Of a DNA stretch of 64,000 nucleotides, positions 29,255 through 40,800 are shown one piece after another. Both the position numbers and the translations under genes were made by a program. The stretch is from Candidatus Latescibacterota bacterium (GTDB taxonomy: Bacteria > Latescibacterota > UBA2968), in the NCBI GenBank assembly GCA_965204375.1, contig OZ241986.1:864001-928000 (forward strand). Reading direction: 5' to 3'. The first letter of the stretch is position 1. Each line of letters starts with the position of its first letter. The notes under the pieces were generated by a model, which saw only the letters and a list, made by a program, of their open reading frames with translations, had not been told where the DNA came from and did not search any database.

Positions 29255-29974
29255 TTACGCATCCCACCGCCATGTATTGCGACAGGCAAGCCGTGGATAA
29301 TCATTCACGTTCTTGCTTCCCGCGTGTACAAAAAAGTTCTGGTAAAACAGAATGTCTCCACGCTTCGCCACGACTTCCACACCTTCGCCAATATCCACCA
29401 GATGCATATCCGAATTCACGTCCCACAGATAGGGATACTTCTCTGGATTGCGCTCTGCAAGACCCCGCATCTTGTTATGTGAACCCGGCCATCCAAACGT
29501 GCAACCCCCATGCGATTCTGTATCACTCAAATACAAAATTGAATGCACACTGATTGGAATCGGAAACGTCACATTAAACTTCTCCCGGTTGGTTCCGCCA
29601 TCGAAGTGAGGGTTCTGGTGGCTCCATTCACCTTCCGTCGGAAACGTGTTCTGCGTCAGAATATCCTTCGGCGCGTAGATCTCCTCGCGCCCCACACCCG
29701 TCAATTCAGAAAGTGCGGTCAAAATATCATCCGTATAACACGCTAAGATATCCGGTGCGCCCAATCTTCGATTTTCCGGCAATGCGCGATGCCGTTGACT
29801 AATCGCATGCGCTGACACACGGTTCCAGGTTTTGGGATCGTCACGGTCCATTTCTAAAGCCGCCCACATCGCGTCTTCACCCTTGCAAGCTACATCCTCA
29901 GGAATCAAACCCGACGCCAGCAAATACCCTTCTTCGCGAAACTGCTTCTTCTGCTCATCTGTTATTAAGCCCAT
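29255..29974 (-). CDS. PhyH family dioxygenase
   Basis: QFREEGYL, HFD, GCT..WPGSH, GD...F.H.GS.N...R. Confidence 0.85.
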   Translation of the reverse strand: MGLITDEQKKQFREEGYLLASGLIPEDVACKGEDAMWAALEMDRDDPKTWNRVSAHAISQRHRALPENRRLGAPDILACYTDDILTALSELTGVGREEIYAPKDILTQNTFPTEGEWSHQNPHFDGGTNREKFNVTFPIPISVHSILYLSDTESHGGCTFGWPGSHNKMRGLAERNPEKYPYLWDVNSDMHLVDIGEGVEVVAKRGDILFYQNFFVHAGSKNVNDYPRLACRNTWRWDA

Positions 29975-30022
29975 AGATCACTCCCAGAAATTAAGACCAA
30001 CTAATTTTCTGTCCATACGAGA

Positions 30023-30046
30023 TCAGTTGATCTCTCGGATTTTCAT
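30023..30046 (-). pseudogene. 5' stub MKIREIN* (enolase-like start)
   Basis: AAGGA RBS then MKIREI, the usual first strand of enolase-superfamily proteins; stops after 7 codons. Confidence 0.4.
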
Positions 30047-30057
30047 GGCGTATCCTT

Positions 30058-30729
30058 CTACGCTATCAGCCAGGTAATTGCGTTGTCAATAAGCTTCGCA
30101 GTCATTGGATGCATAAGAATAGCCTGCTCGTGTCCGGGCACCAGTACCATCACACGTCCACTTCCATACTCGTGACACCAACCTTGCACCTGCCGTCCAT
30201 TGGTCGCAGAATAGCTCTCGAGAAATACAGATGTTTGCGATTCATCCAGGTCCATAATGTACTCTTCTTCTTGAACACAATAGGGTTCAACACCATCGGT
30301 CAGTTCGGGCAATACGCCCGTTGGACGGATTTCGACATTGATCCGCTTTGGGTGGTTGTGAAAACGAGACTTTGAGACGCGCTGAATACCGCCACCTTCG
30401 GAATAAAACGCAACGGCATCGTGGTGGAGAAATAGTCGGCCGCCATTTTGTGCATATACCTCAATGAGCGTTTCCTCATCTTCAGAGAGCCACTTGTGTT
30501 TATTTCCTTTCTGAAGATTAAACTGAAACTCACGGGCAATCCGTACATCGTCAAATGCGTATCTGCTGATGAGCACCATATCAAAAGATGAGAGATCGTC
30601 CCAGGGCACCGCATTGTCAAATACAACTGTCGGATTATACCCTCGCATCTGTAGTGGTCTCACAAGCGCAGTAACCAGATGCGCCGGGCAGTGGTAAGCG
30701 TCTCCGAGAACTGCGAGTAATTTTTTCAC
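30058..30729 (-). CDS. ThuA-like domain protein
   Basis: GDAYH, GG.LF.HH, F.NHP, EEY, GWC..YG.GRV...PGH. Confidence 0.8.
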   Translation of the reverse strand: MKKLLAVLGDAYHCPAHLVTALVRPLQMRGYNPTVVFDNAVPWDDLSSFDMVLISRYAFDDVRIAREFQFNLQKGNKHKWLSEDEETLIEVYAQNGGRLFLHHDAVAFYSEGGGIQRVSKSRFHNHPKRINVEIRPTGVLPELTDGVEPYCVQEEEYIMDLDESQTSVFLESYSATNGRQVQGWCHEYGSGRVMVLVPGHEQAILMHPMTAKLIDNAITWLIA

Positions 30730-30804
30730 AACCTATTCCTTTCAAGTCAATATATCCGGTGGTAACATCACGGCGATTAGGACGGGCACCGCATAACTCA
30801 AGCC

Positions 30805-31965
30805 CTACTCATAGACCATCTCCCCGGTCTTGTGGTCTTCGATCCAGTCCCGGTCGAACGCCACCCCCAGCCCTGGCCCCTCCGGCACTTCGACGCAGCC
30901 GTTCTCGTCAACCGAATCCAACTCGTCGAGCCAGCGTCTTTCTGCGTAAACCGCCGGCTTGGTATCGGGCACCAGGGGATGCACCAGGCCCAATTCGTAG
31001 TAATTGGCGTTGCGCAGGGTCGCCATGATGTGGCGGTGCGCCAGATTGCCGCCGTGCAACTCCACTTCCAGCCCGTGTGCCTCGGCCATAGCAGCGATCT
31101 TCATTACCCCGGTGATGCCGCCATCGGTCTGGGCGTTGGCGCGCACGAAGTCGGTGGCACCGGCGGTAATCGTATCGGCCTTGGCCTCCAGCCCGCGCAC
31201 GTGTTCGCCCATCAGCATCGGCGTATTGATCAACTCGCGCAACTTGGCGTGGGCAAAGCGCGAAAATCCGCCGCCCCTGAATGGATCCTCATACCACATA
31301 TAGCGCGCCTCGTCACAGGCGCGACCCACCTTGAGCACATCCTCGAATGTGGGAAAACACCCGGCCGGATCGAGCAACAGATCCATATCGGCGCCCACCG
31401 CTTCGCGAATGGCTAATACCGCCGCTACCTCGCGGTCGATCGGCCCGTTGATCCAACCGTGGATTTTAAACGCTGGATAGCTGTATTGCTCCTTGCAGCG
31501 CAGCGCGAATTGTGCAAAGTCGTCCGGCGTCGTCAAACCGCCGTTTTCGTCGCCGTGGTAGGTCGAGGCATAAGCCGGCAACTTCTTGCGCCAACCCCCG
31601 CCCAAAAGCTCGTAGATCGGCGCGTCGTAGAGTTTGCCAGCGAAATCCCACAGCGCGATATCTACTGCGCCCGGCGGTGTGCCGTCCTGACCGCGGTGCG
31701 AGCGCTTGAGGTCGTGCCAGATGATCTCGCGGTCCAGTGGGTTGCGGCCGAGCAAGTACTGCGCAGGGCGGGAATCAATGCCACCGGACGCAATGCCGCT
31801 GATGCCGACACTGGTCTCGATGGTCAGCAAGCCGCCGCCCAGAGTCAGACGGCCGCCCTTGCGATAGACCGTGTCGAAGCCCAATTGCTCCTCCAACTCC
31901 ATATCGGCGATCTCATAGGCGAAACTCGTCGAGGTAATGCGGGTGATCTCAATATCTCGCGCCAT
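30805..31965 (-). CDS. Mandelate racemase/enolase superfamily protein
   Basis: DIALWD..GK, AYAS, FKIH, LLLD, WYEDP, GE, PGLG. Confidence 0.9.
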   Translation of the reverse strand: MARDIEITRITSTSFAYEIADMELEEQLGFDTVYRKGGRLTLGGGLLTIETSVGISGIASGGIDSRPAQYLLGRNPLDREIIWHDLKRSHRGQDGTPPGAVDIALWDFAGKLYDAPIYELLGGGWRKKLPAYASTYHGDENGGLTTPDDFAQFALRCKEQYSYPAFKIHGWINGPIDREVAAVLAIREAVGADMDLLLDPAGCFPTFEDVLKVGRACDEARYMWYEDPFRGGGFSRFAHAKLRELINTPMLMGEHVRGLEAKADTITAGATDFVRANAQTDGGITGVMKIAAMAEAHGLEVELHGGNLAHRHIMATLRNANYYELGLVHPLVPDTKPAVYAERRWLDELDSVDENGCVEVPEGPGLGVAFDRDWIEDHKTGEMVYE

Positions 31966-32017
31966 GGTGTTCTCTCCTTCGCTGTGTATTTGGATTTAAC
32001 TTCCGCTCCACGGCTAC

Positions 32018-32902
32018 TCATCTCACGATCTGAGGTGACGCATAAAGATCGGGCCTGGCCTCGTTCGCTGTGAAGCAACCGGATGATCGCGCTTTCTCTA
32101 TTAAATCTCTCGAGACCTCGGTCACGATCATGCCTTCCACTGGCGCGTGTTCGTCGATGAACTGGCCGTTCGGATCGATCGCGAAGGCAAGTCCCGGAAA
32201 CCATGCGTTGCCGCTCTTTCCCGCCTGGTTGGCGTAGAAAATGTAGAGCGCATTGTCCACTGCCCTTGCTGGCAAGACCTGGGCGGCAAGCTGTCGATGT
32301 TCGGCTGCCTGTTCGGTCTGATCGCCGTTAGGGGTGACGTTGTCAGCGCGGCCGCTTGCACCTACGGCGAGGAGGAAAAAGTCCGCGCCCTCCTGTGCGG
32401 CGGTTCGGAAGATCTCCGGAAACCTCAGGTCGTAGCAGATCCCCACGCCGAAGGTCCAGCCTTGCGATGTCACGATAGGGAGTTGGCTCCCCGGTTCGAA
32501 CCAGGCCCGCTCGGTTTCATTCGGGATGTGCAGTTTGGTGAAGGTCGCGAGGTAACCGCTGGGCCCTACGATGTAGGCGCTGTTGCGATAGCGTTCGCCC
32601 GCTGGCTCGATGGTACCGACGACAAGGGTCATGTCGAGTTCGCTGCAGAGCGATTCGAGGAACGGAATTGATTTCTCGGCCGCAGCTTCTGCGATCCGCC
32701 TGGACTCCTCGGGAGGAATGCCCGATTTGTTCATCGAGCCCGTGATGCACTCTTCGGGAAAGAGCGCAAACGTGGCACCTTGCCTGTGAGCCTCTCTCGA
32801 CCACTTGGCAATTCGGTCGAGGTTGGTTGTGGGGGCGCCCATCGCGCTGTGCATGGCGACCGATGCGATACGTGTTTTTGTGTTGTTCATGGGATATGCC
32901 AT
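32018..32902 (-). CDS. Carbon-nitrogen hydrolase (nitrilase superfamily)
   Basis: FPE, KLH, GICYDLRFPE catalytic triad. Confidence 0.9.
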   Translation of the reverse strand: MAYPMNNTKTRIASVAMHSAMGAPTTNLDRIAKWSREAHRQGATFALFPEECITGSMNKSGIPPEESRRIAEAAAEKSIPFLESLCSELDMTLVVGTIEPAGERYRNSAYIVGPSGYLATFTKLHIPNETERAWFEPGSQLPIVTSQGWTFGVGICYDLRFPEIFRTAAQEGADFFLLAVGASGRADNVTPNGDQTEQAAEHRQLAAQVLPARAVDNALYIFYANQAGKSGNAWFPGLAFAIDPNGQFIDEHAPVEGMIVTEVSRDLIEKARSSGCFTANEARPDLYASPQIVR

Positions 32903-32940
32903 TCGACCCTCTCTCCGATGCGTGGTTATTCATGTGTATC

Positions 32941-33906
32941 TCATACAGCCGAACGAATCGAATAAACCGCTTCGACAGAACCGACGTTCGGGCGGCGGTT
33001 CTCATCGTTCTGCAGGATGCTGCGGGCGAAGAAATCGTCGAACAGTTCCAACTCAAATTCTTTCACAATGTCTATGGCCGAGCGCTTATCCGAATTGCTG
33101 TGGATCAAGGCGGCTCCGAGATAGCTCGGCACGTCGATCGTGACCTCATCCTGGTATTTCTTCTCGATCAGAGGAAACTTGCCGGAGTTTCCGCTGCGTT
33201 TGACCAGCACACGGTCCAGATTGATCGTTGCACACATCGTGCGTGAATAGTTGGTGTTCAGTTTCACGGGCTGGCCGAGGGGATCGATCACCCCGCCTCC
33301 GTAGAACCGAAGCGCGGTCAGATAGTAGCACTGGCATTCGTACGCCCATTGCTGCTGAAGGAATCCGCCGTGATAGGCACTGGGAAATGTGAGGATGTCC
33401 GGTTTCAGGTCTCGGTATTCGAACCGAAGCTGTTCGAATTTCTGGTCAAAACAAATCACCCCTCCAAGGCGACCAATCGCGGTGTCGAAAACTTTGGGAC
33501 CATCACCCGAGCGCAACCCTTGTTTTCGTTCGTTATCCGTCAGGAACGTCTTGTGATAGGCACCGATCACTGAGCCGTCAGGGCCGATATACACAATCGA
33601 ATTGAACACATCGTCGCCTTCGCGGAGCTTGATGGATCCGGCCACGTGGCATGACTCGGCCCTGGCGAAATCCCGGTACATTGACAAAAACGGACCTGGC
33701 TGTTCCACGGTCTCGGCCGTTTCCAGGGTCTGGCCGTATCCTTCGACCAGCTCACAGGTCAACACCAGGTCCAGGTTGTATCCTTTCAATGAATTGAGAT
33801 CGTTCCGGGTCATACGCAGTACTTTTTCCATGCTCTCGGGTTCACCCCGCTGCAAATCGGAAAATGCACTGAACTGAATCGACCCAACTCTTACGAATCG
33901 TGCCAT
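32941..33906 (-). CDS. Carbon-nitrogen hydrolase (nitrilase superfamily)
   Basis: TCE, YHKT, ICFD triad. Confidence 0.85.
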   Translation of the reverse strand: MARFVRVGSIQFSAFSDLQRGEPESMEKVLRMTRNDLNSLKGYNLDLVLTCELVEGYGQTLETAETVEQPGPFLSMYRDFARAESCHVAGSIKLREGDDVFNSIVYIGPDGSVIGAYHKTFLTDNERKQGLRSGDGPKVFDTAIGRLGGVICFDQKFEQLRFEYRDLKPDILTFPSAYHGGFLQQQWAYECQCYYLTALRFYGGGVIDPLGQPVKLNTNYSRTMCATINLDRVLVKRSGNSGKFPLIEKKYQDEVTIDVPSYLGAALIHSNSDKRSAIDIVKEFELELFDDFFARSILQNDENRRPNVGSVEAVYSIRSAV

Positions 33907-33947
33907 ATATCTCTCCTTTCACAATGCTAATCGTGCTGGACCGTCCA

Positions 33948-35237
33948 TTAGAGCGCGGCGTTGCCCGCCTCCGTCCGCAAGCTGTGTCGGCCCTCCATAT
34001 GCGCGTGCCAATCCATGCCGATCTCCGGTCGTGATCGGGTCGGTCTGGGCAGCGCATTCGCCTGCTCCGCCACGATCGCCGGCACGCCCACGTCGCTCAG
34101 CAACTGCGCTAGATACGCCATCCGCACCAGCGTCTCGCTCTGGTAAAGACTCATGCCATCGACCCCCGCCGCGTACTGTCGCGCCGCCAGTGCATAGGCC
34201 GGTTGCGGCGCGTAAAAACCCGTATTCTTCTCTACCTGGTTTTCGATCAGCCCTTTGGATCCCACACCGCCAATGCACAGTTTGCCGTGTCGGTGTGCCA
34301 CCGCTGCGTGATAGCCGACGTGCAGGTCCAGATCCTCGCGGGTCAGAGGAAAGGGACTCAACATCAATCCGTCGACCAGATCCTCCTCGCACCAGCGATC
34401 GCTGTCCAGTCCATAGGCCAGCATCAGCCATCGCGCGTTGTCGGGCACCCGGGCGATGATTGGGCAGCGCCGATCCAATTTGCCCTCCTGGATGCGCACT
34501 GCCCGCCGCAGTTCGGTCATAAATCCGGTCAGTACGTCGGCCCGGTACTGGAACCACGTCCGGTACTGCTCGAAGTCGTCTGAGTCGATTTCGTGCGGAT
34601 CCATCCCCGTCTCCGCTATAAACGGCTCGACTAGCGCTGGATGGTATAGCAGCATCGGCATCTGCCGGCAGAAGTCGAGCACCAGCCCGTTGACGCCGAT
34701 CCTCTGACACTCGAGCAAAATATCGATCCGCTCGCGCCGCACTTCCGCCAGCGCGTAGCACAGCCGGCTGGCGTCCTCGTTGCCCGGCTTGGTCACCTCC
34801 CTGAAGGCCGGATTGTCCAGCGCGAATTTGGACGTGACCCCTATCCAGTCTGCCCGGCCATAGTGGCGGTTCATCCCCAGGCGGCCCCATAGTTGCGCCC
34901 CACGGTCGCGGCACAGCGCCAGCGCGTGCCGCAGCGGACACACCTCATTCATCACCTTGCGAACAAAGCTCCAGGATATGCCTCCGACTTGGTCACCATT
35001 TTCGCACATCCGCGTGATATGGGGCAACTCGGACCAGTAGTCCACCACCGAACGCCCCAGATTCCAAACCAGATGGTCGCAGCCCGCTTGCAGGTGCAGG
35101 TCGACGCACTCGGCCAGTGCTTTAGGCCCCGGGCACGGCTTGTCGTAGTTGGCGTAGTAGCACATCCACTCCGAGATGCCAAACACCGGTTTTTCGTTGC
35201 CGCTTGCCTCGCGCAATTCGAGTTGCTCTTGCGCCAT
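33948..35237 (-). CDS. Glycoside hydrolase-like (GHL10-type) TIM-barrel protein
   Basis: GRLGMN, RLCYA..EVR, GVNGLVLDFCR, W....LVDG. Confidence 0.6.
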   Translation of the reverse strand: MAQEQLELREASGNEKPVFGISEWMCYYANYDKPCPGPKALAECVDLHLQAGCDHLVWNLGRSVVDYWSELPHITRMCENGDQVGGISWSFVRKVMNEVCPLRHALALCRDRGAQLWGRLGMNRHYGRADWIGVTSKFALDNPAFREVTKPGNEDASRLCYALAEVRRERIDILLECQRIGVNGLVLDFCRQMPMLLYHPALVEPFIAETGMDPHEIDSDDFEQYRTWFQYRADVLTGFMTELRRAVRIQEGKLDRRCPIIARVPDNARWLMLAYGLDSDRWCEEDLVDGLMLSPFPLTREDLDLHVGYHAAVAHRHGKLCIGGVGSKGLIENQVEKNTGFYAPQPAYALAARQYAAGVDGMSLYQSETLVRMAYLAQLLSDVGVPAIVAEQANALPRPTRSRPEIGMDWHAHMEGRHSLRTEAGNAAL

Positions 35238-35302
35238 CTAAGGTGACCTCCTGATCGGGTGTATTTATCGAAAGCCGCATGGGCCCATAAATCCAGGCGA
35301 CC

Positions 35303-35331
35303 TGTACGCCGAGCCTTTGGGTCGGCGTACA
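35303..35331. repeat. 10-bp stem-loop directly after the stop of 35332..36267
   Basis: TGTACGCCGA-gcctttggg-TCGGCGTACA; no U-tract. Confidence 0.5.
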
Positions 35332-36267
35332 TTAAGCGGGCCATCGCGCGGTGCCGATGGCGTAATACTTGTGTACAAAAGGTGGTTTGGTGCGCGAAGC
35401 GTACCACATGCGCAGGGAGCCGTCGGATAGGCGCAAGAGCGAATGGCTGGTGGTAAAGTGCGATTCCCAGAGCCGCGAAGGGTCGGGGCTGAAGACCGGA
35501 TTGTGAGGGCTTTTCGTCCAGTTGAGGCCGTCTTCGCTGATGGCAAATCCGATAGAGGTTTTCATGACTTCGGGCGGATAGCTGCTATAGCTGCCGTACC
35601 ACATCAGATAATAACCGTCTTCTTTGAGAACGGTTGGATAGACCAGGCGCTGGAACTCCCATTCCTGGTCCAATTCCAATACCGGTTGGGGATGGACTTG
35701 CCACTCAAAGCCGTCGTCGCTGTGGGCGGCGCGTATGGTCCAGGGGTCGGCAGTCACATCGGTGTACCACAGGCGGTAGCGATCGTCTTCCCAAAATAGG
35801 GTGGGGGCGTAGGCGTTCTCTAATAGGGGAGCGGAGGGCGTCTCCCAGCAAATCCCGTCGTCGCTGGTCATGGTGTGCAGGGTGTGGCGTGTGTCGCCAG
35901 AAGGGAAGTTGGTCGAGGAAAAAAACATACGCAGCTTGCCAGCCTCGCGCCGCAGGGAGCCGTCCGGGTGGCGCACCAGGGTGGGGGTGAGGATGGAATG
36001 GTCGGTCCCCAGAGTACAAACCGGGGAGGCGGGGTGTCGTGTAAAATGCAGGCCGTCGTCGCTGGTGGCCAGCCCCAGAGCAAAAACTCGCAGCTCCACT
36101 TCGCCGCGCGAGCCGCTGTACCACATGTAATAGCGCCCGTTTTCCAAAGCGACACAGGGAGCAAAGAGGTGGGTGTCGTCAAATTGACCGGCTGCGCCCA
36201 AGGACAGACAGGGTGCATCGATGTCTCGCTGCCAGGGTTGTGGATCCAGCCACTGGTTTTTGTCCAT
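35332..36267 (-). CDS. Five-bladed beta-propeller glycosidase-like protein (GH32/43/130 fold)
   Basis: Repeated P.V....YYMWY and A.S.DG..W blades. Confidence 0.7.
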   Translation of the reverse strand: MDKNQWLDPQPWQRDIDAPCLSLGAAGQFDDTHLFAPCVALENGRYYMWYSGSRGEVELRVFALGLATSDDGLHFTRHPASPVCTLGTDHSILTPTLVRHPDGSLRREAGKLRMFFSSTNFPSGDTRHTLHTMTSDDGICWETPSAPLLENAYAPTLFWEDDRYRLWYTDVTADPWTIRAAHSDDGFEWQVHPQPVLELDQEWEFQRLVYPTVLKEDGYYLMWYGSYSSYPPEVMKTSIGFAISEDGLNWTKSPHNPVFSPDPSRLWESHFTTSHSLLRLSDGSLRMWYASRTKPPFVHKYYAIGTARWPA

Positions 36268-36284
36268 AATCTATTTTCCTCATT

Positions 36285-37703
36285 TCACCTCGCTGTATAA
36301 TCCCCCTCCAAAATACAGGGGAGACCATCGCGGGCCATCAGTGCAATTCGCGCCAATCCATGCTGTAAAAAACTCGGTCCCATCTGCGATTCGTACCAAT
36401 CAATTCCCGACGCACCTCTCGGCAGATCGCCGTCCATATAAATGGCGATAAGCGTCTCGGCAAGGGCCATGCCCCCGTCCAGCCATCTGTCCTCTCCCGT
36501 CAGATCATATAAATCTGCCAACAACTCCAACCCCAATCCGGCATCCATCGATGGTACGGCAATGTCATCCGGGAAATCGGTTTCCAAATAGCTCTTTCCA
36601 ACCGCGACGGTCCACGCAAAAAGCCCTTGATGGGGCCGAATGCGATGGCCACACAGGGCAAAAAGAGCGGCATAACAAGCGGGCCAGTTTCCATATACGC
36701 TGCCCCAAACCGGCATCGTTCCTTTCGCCTCGTTGGAACTCCGGTAAGAGGAATTCACATAAATACCCCGTTCCAGATCGTGGGGAGCTTTTAAAAAGCC
36801 GTCGATATAAACGGCTGCCCGTTCTCTCATGCGAGTGGCCAGATCTGGTAACGCACCTGCAATCAACTCGGCGGATTCAAGCAGGCTCACCCCCAGGGAG
36901 AGCGTCTGCCCGGGCGCGTTGATTTGATAAAAATCCTCATCGTCTTCCGGCGACCGGCTCTCCGTCTGCAGCAGGCCCAGGTCGTCCCGCTTCTCCCACC
37001 AGTAGTCCAGCATGGTTTCGATCTGTTGTACAAAATCCGTCCGACCCGTCTTCAAGTAGGCAAACGCCCAATCGAAAATGTAAAATCCCCCATGCCTCGG
37101 AAAATCGCAGGACCGCGCCCCCCGGGCATAGGGTCGTTTCTCATCGATATAAGCATGCCGGATGTATTCCAGCGGCTCCCCTTCGGTCCAATGTCCATCG
37201 ATCCCCTCGGCAAAGCGCTCGACGCATGGCGGATTGAAGGCATACAGTTTTTCCCACAGCCAGAGCGGTGCTTGTCGCAGGTGATCGTGTGTCGTCATAC
37301 TGGGTCTTGCCCCTTCCCGCAACTGATAGCTATCTGCCACCCGATCTTCCAATAGGTGCCAGTACGCGTGTTCTCCCCAGGGGAAAATACCCGTTATCGT
37401 ATCCGTACAGTGGGTTGCAAATCGCTGCAAATACCGGTCTGCCGCCTGTGCATAATCCGGACGGTCCAACGCTTCGGCAAGCGCGTACATCGTCTTCAGC
37501 GCCGCCTGATCGTGAATCAGATTGCTGCCCAGGTGTGATCGGTCGCCATCCCGCTGTCCCGCAATCGCCGGTGGCATTTTCGTCATCATCCGATGGGTCG
37601 ATCGATCGATAATCGAAGGGAACAACCCCTCATAGGTCGCTCCCAATGCGATCAAAATATCCAGCGAACGACACACCTTCTCAAGCATGGTTTCGGGGTT
37701 CAT
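36285..37703 (-). CDS. Hypothetical protein, probable alpha/alpha-barrel lyase/hydrolase
   Basis: RBS GGAGG before ATG 37703; helical pattern, WGEH, HDHLR, DFPRHGG, LA.LY.LTG. Confidence 0.55.
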   Translation of the reverse strand: MNPETMLEKVCRSLDILIALGATYEGLFPSIIDRSTHRMMTKMPPAIAGQRDGDRSHLGSNLIHDQAALKTMYALAEALDRPDYAQAADRYLQRFATHCTDTITGIFPWGEHAYWHLLEDRVADSYQLREGARPSMTTHDHLRQAPLWLWEKLYAFNPPCVERFAEGIDGHWTEGEPLEYIRHAYIDEKRPYARGARSCDFPRHGGFYIFDWAFAYLKTGRTDFVQQIETMLDYWWEKRDDLGLLQTESRSPEDDEDFYQINAPGQTLSLGVSLLESAELIAGALPDLATRMRERAAVYIDGFLKAPHDLERGIYVNSSYRSSNEAKGTMPVWGSVYGNWPACYAALFALCGHRIRPHQGLFAWTVAVGKSYLETDFPDDIAVPSMDAGLGLELLADLYDLTGEDRWLDGGMALAETLIAIYMDGDLPRGASGIDWYESQMGPSFLQHGLARIALMARDGLPCILEGDYTAR

Positions 37704-37855
37704 CAGTGGCCTCCGGTCTAAAGAATGTCTTATGGCCGGTACTTCCGAATGGATAATTATATAGGGTCTTTCAGGGGTTGGGTCAAGCGGTGCAGAGGGT
37801 GCGCCCATCGGGGCGCGGAAGGTGGCATTGAGCGATACGTCTTCAATCTGTTTTT

Positions 37856-40800
37856 TTAAAATCCGTCCGTCGAACGGCTCAAACTGTACCGGGCATTTGT
37901 GAACAGAGAGACGACATCCTCCAGAATCATATACAGACAGGGCACTAACAAAAGAATTATAGACGTCGCGAAAACAATACCAAATCCGAGAGAGATTGCC
38001 ATAGGAATGAGATAATAAGCCTGGCGGGATGTCTCCAAAATAATTGGTGTCAAACCACCAAATGTTGTCAACGTCGTCAAAATAATGGGTTTGAAGCGCC
38101 GAAGCCCAGCAGTATGAATCGCCTCAAAAGCCGAACAATGGGCACGCCTTTTATTTGCATAATCGATCATAATCAGTGAGTCATTTACCACAACACCCGA
38201 CAAGGCGATTACGCCCATCAAACTGATAAGCGACAAGTCATAACCCAGCAAAATATGACCGATCACAGCGCCCACAATCCCAAACGGAATCGCCACCATC
38301 ACAATCAAGGGCTGGACATAGCTGCCAAATGCTATGGCGAGTAACATATACACAATGGCCATCGCCATGACAAACCCGCCCCATAGTGCCTGTGTTGACT
38401 CGCGCATCTCAGCCTGCGTCCCCTGAAACGTCCAGGTTAATCCCGGATACTCAGCGCGAATTTGTGGCAACACATCGGTATTAATCGCTTCCATAACGCG
38501 CGTCATCGCTCGCTTGGGCTCCACATCCATACTCACCGTCACTACGCGCCGACCATCTCGCCGATTAATACTTGTAAACGCTTCGCCACGCTCAATATCT
38601 ACCACATCCATCAAAGGCACTTCTGTCCCCTCAGGTGTACGCACGACAAATTCTTCGAGATGGCGAATATCCTTTCGCTCTGCCATCGGCAATTTCACGC
38701 GCATTTCAATTTCATTTGTACCGCGCAACTGACGCATCGCCAGTGCGCCGTAAAACGCATCGCGCAACTGACGCCCTACCTCAACCGCCGTCAATCCCAA
38801 ATTTCGGCCTTCCGGACGCAACACAAAATCAAACTGCGCTTTACCTTTATTGTAATTGTCACTCACATCGTGCGTCTCTTCAAACCCTTCGGCGCGCTCT
38901 AAAAATGCCCGACTGGCTTTGGCCAAAACGTCAATATCCGAATGGCTCAAATCGACGCTGATATCCTGTTGCCAACCGCCCGGCCCACTCTCGGCCTCAA
39001 ACGTAATCTGACTGACACCATCAATATCCCCGATGTTATCGCGCCATAGTGAGATGATCTCTCCTGTCGTCATATCGTGTTCATCGGGCGGTTTCATCAC
39101 AATTTCTACATCGATAAAACTCCCCCCGCGCACATTGGTTTTAATCCCTTCGGCCACGCGATAAAGGTTGTGCGTTTCAAACATGCGATGGGTCGATTCG
39201 GTCACATCATGTGCAACCCGCGCTGCTTGATCCTGCGTAGTCCCCACGGGCAATCGGATACCCGCCTCAATTTCATCGGCAGAAACTTCGGGCATCATAA
39301 TCATACCCATATGATCGCTGTATCCATAACCGCCCACCACCATCAGCAAAGCAACAGCAGATGCAATCGTAACGTACCGATGCCGAATGCATACATCCAG
39401 AAACCTGCGATAGTGTTGGTCGATAAACCGATTGAAATGGTTGGCAATAGATTGTTGCCAGCGATGTGCAGTGCCACTTACCGGCGAAACAGCGCGTTTT
39501 GAAAGGTGCCCGAGATGCGCAGGCAAAATAAATAGCGCCTCCAAAAGAGACACGGCCAGCACAGTGATGACAACCGCAGGCAATGGCCACCAGAATTTTC
39601 CCGTGGTGCCGGGCATAAACAAAAGCGGCAGAAAAGCCACAATCGTAGTCAAAATGCTGAACGTAACCGGCCTGGCAATATCATGTGTACCCGCAATGGC
39701 CGCCTGCATCGGGCTCATACCTCGTTCCCGATATTCATGTACATTTTCACCTACAACAATTGCATCATCTACTACAATGCCGAGTACCACCAAAAATGCA
39801 AACATAGAAACCATATTGATGCTCACATCAATAGCAGGCAGAAACACCAGTCCGCCAATGAAAGAAATGGCCATCCCCATCATCACCCAAAATGCAAGCC
39901 GAAACTCGAGGAACATCGCCAGAATAAGCAAAACAATCACGACAGCCAGCATCCCGTTTTCGATCAGCAAAAACAACCGATCTTTGTAATCCTCTGCACT
40001 GTTGCTGTCGATCCGATACTTCACACCAGGCAGCAGGGTGGTCTCAAAATCTGCCATGATATTTTTAACAGCCTCGGCAATCTCAAGTGGCGATTGATTC
40101 CCAATCCGATAGATATCCACACCAACTGTAAGCTGCCGATTAAACCGTTCGTGAAATCCGCCTTCTTCAAAGCCATCCGTGATCTTTGCCAGGTCCGCCA
40201 GTGTAACCCCACCACCTCCTTCTGAGGGGATAATCACAATACGACTATATTCATCGGCCCACTGCTTGCGCTCTTTCATGCGCAACAAAATTTCACCCGT
40301 ACCCGTATCTACAGAACCCGCAGGAATGTCTTCACTCGACGAAACAATCACGCGTGCCACATCGCGTAGTGTAAGACCGTATTCACGCAACCTGTGCTGA
40401 GGAATTTCAATATGCGTCCTGTATTCTGGCACATTGCCAAGCTCGACCTGTGTAATGGTCGGATCGCTCAGCAAGCGATCCCTTAGCTGTTCGGCCAGAC
40501 TTCTCAGCGTACCGATATCCACATCGCCATATAGCCCAATATCCATCACATTGCGCTGTTGTGCCCTCAGGCTGACTTCGGGTTGTTCTATATCATCGGG
40601 AAATGTCCGAATCCGATTGACTGCCTGATCAATATCCTGAAAGGCTTTCCCCCGGTTGGTGCCTGCCACAAGTTCAATGGTCACACTCCCACGCCCTTCG
40701 CGGGCCTGAGACGACATCTCCTTGATCCCCTGCACACCGCGCACAGCTTCTTCTATCGGCTGTAAAATCCCCTGTTCCACTTCCGCAGGTGCCGCACCCG

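Noticed and set aside
37756-37786. TTGACC-19-TATAAT (and TTGAAC-19-TATAAT at 48314-48344) as promoters
   Set aside because: 19-bp spacing is poor for sigma70; possible but not supportable from sequence alone.
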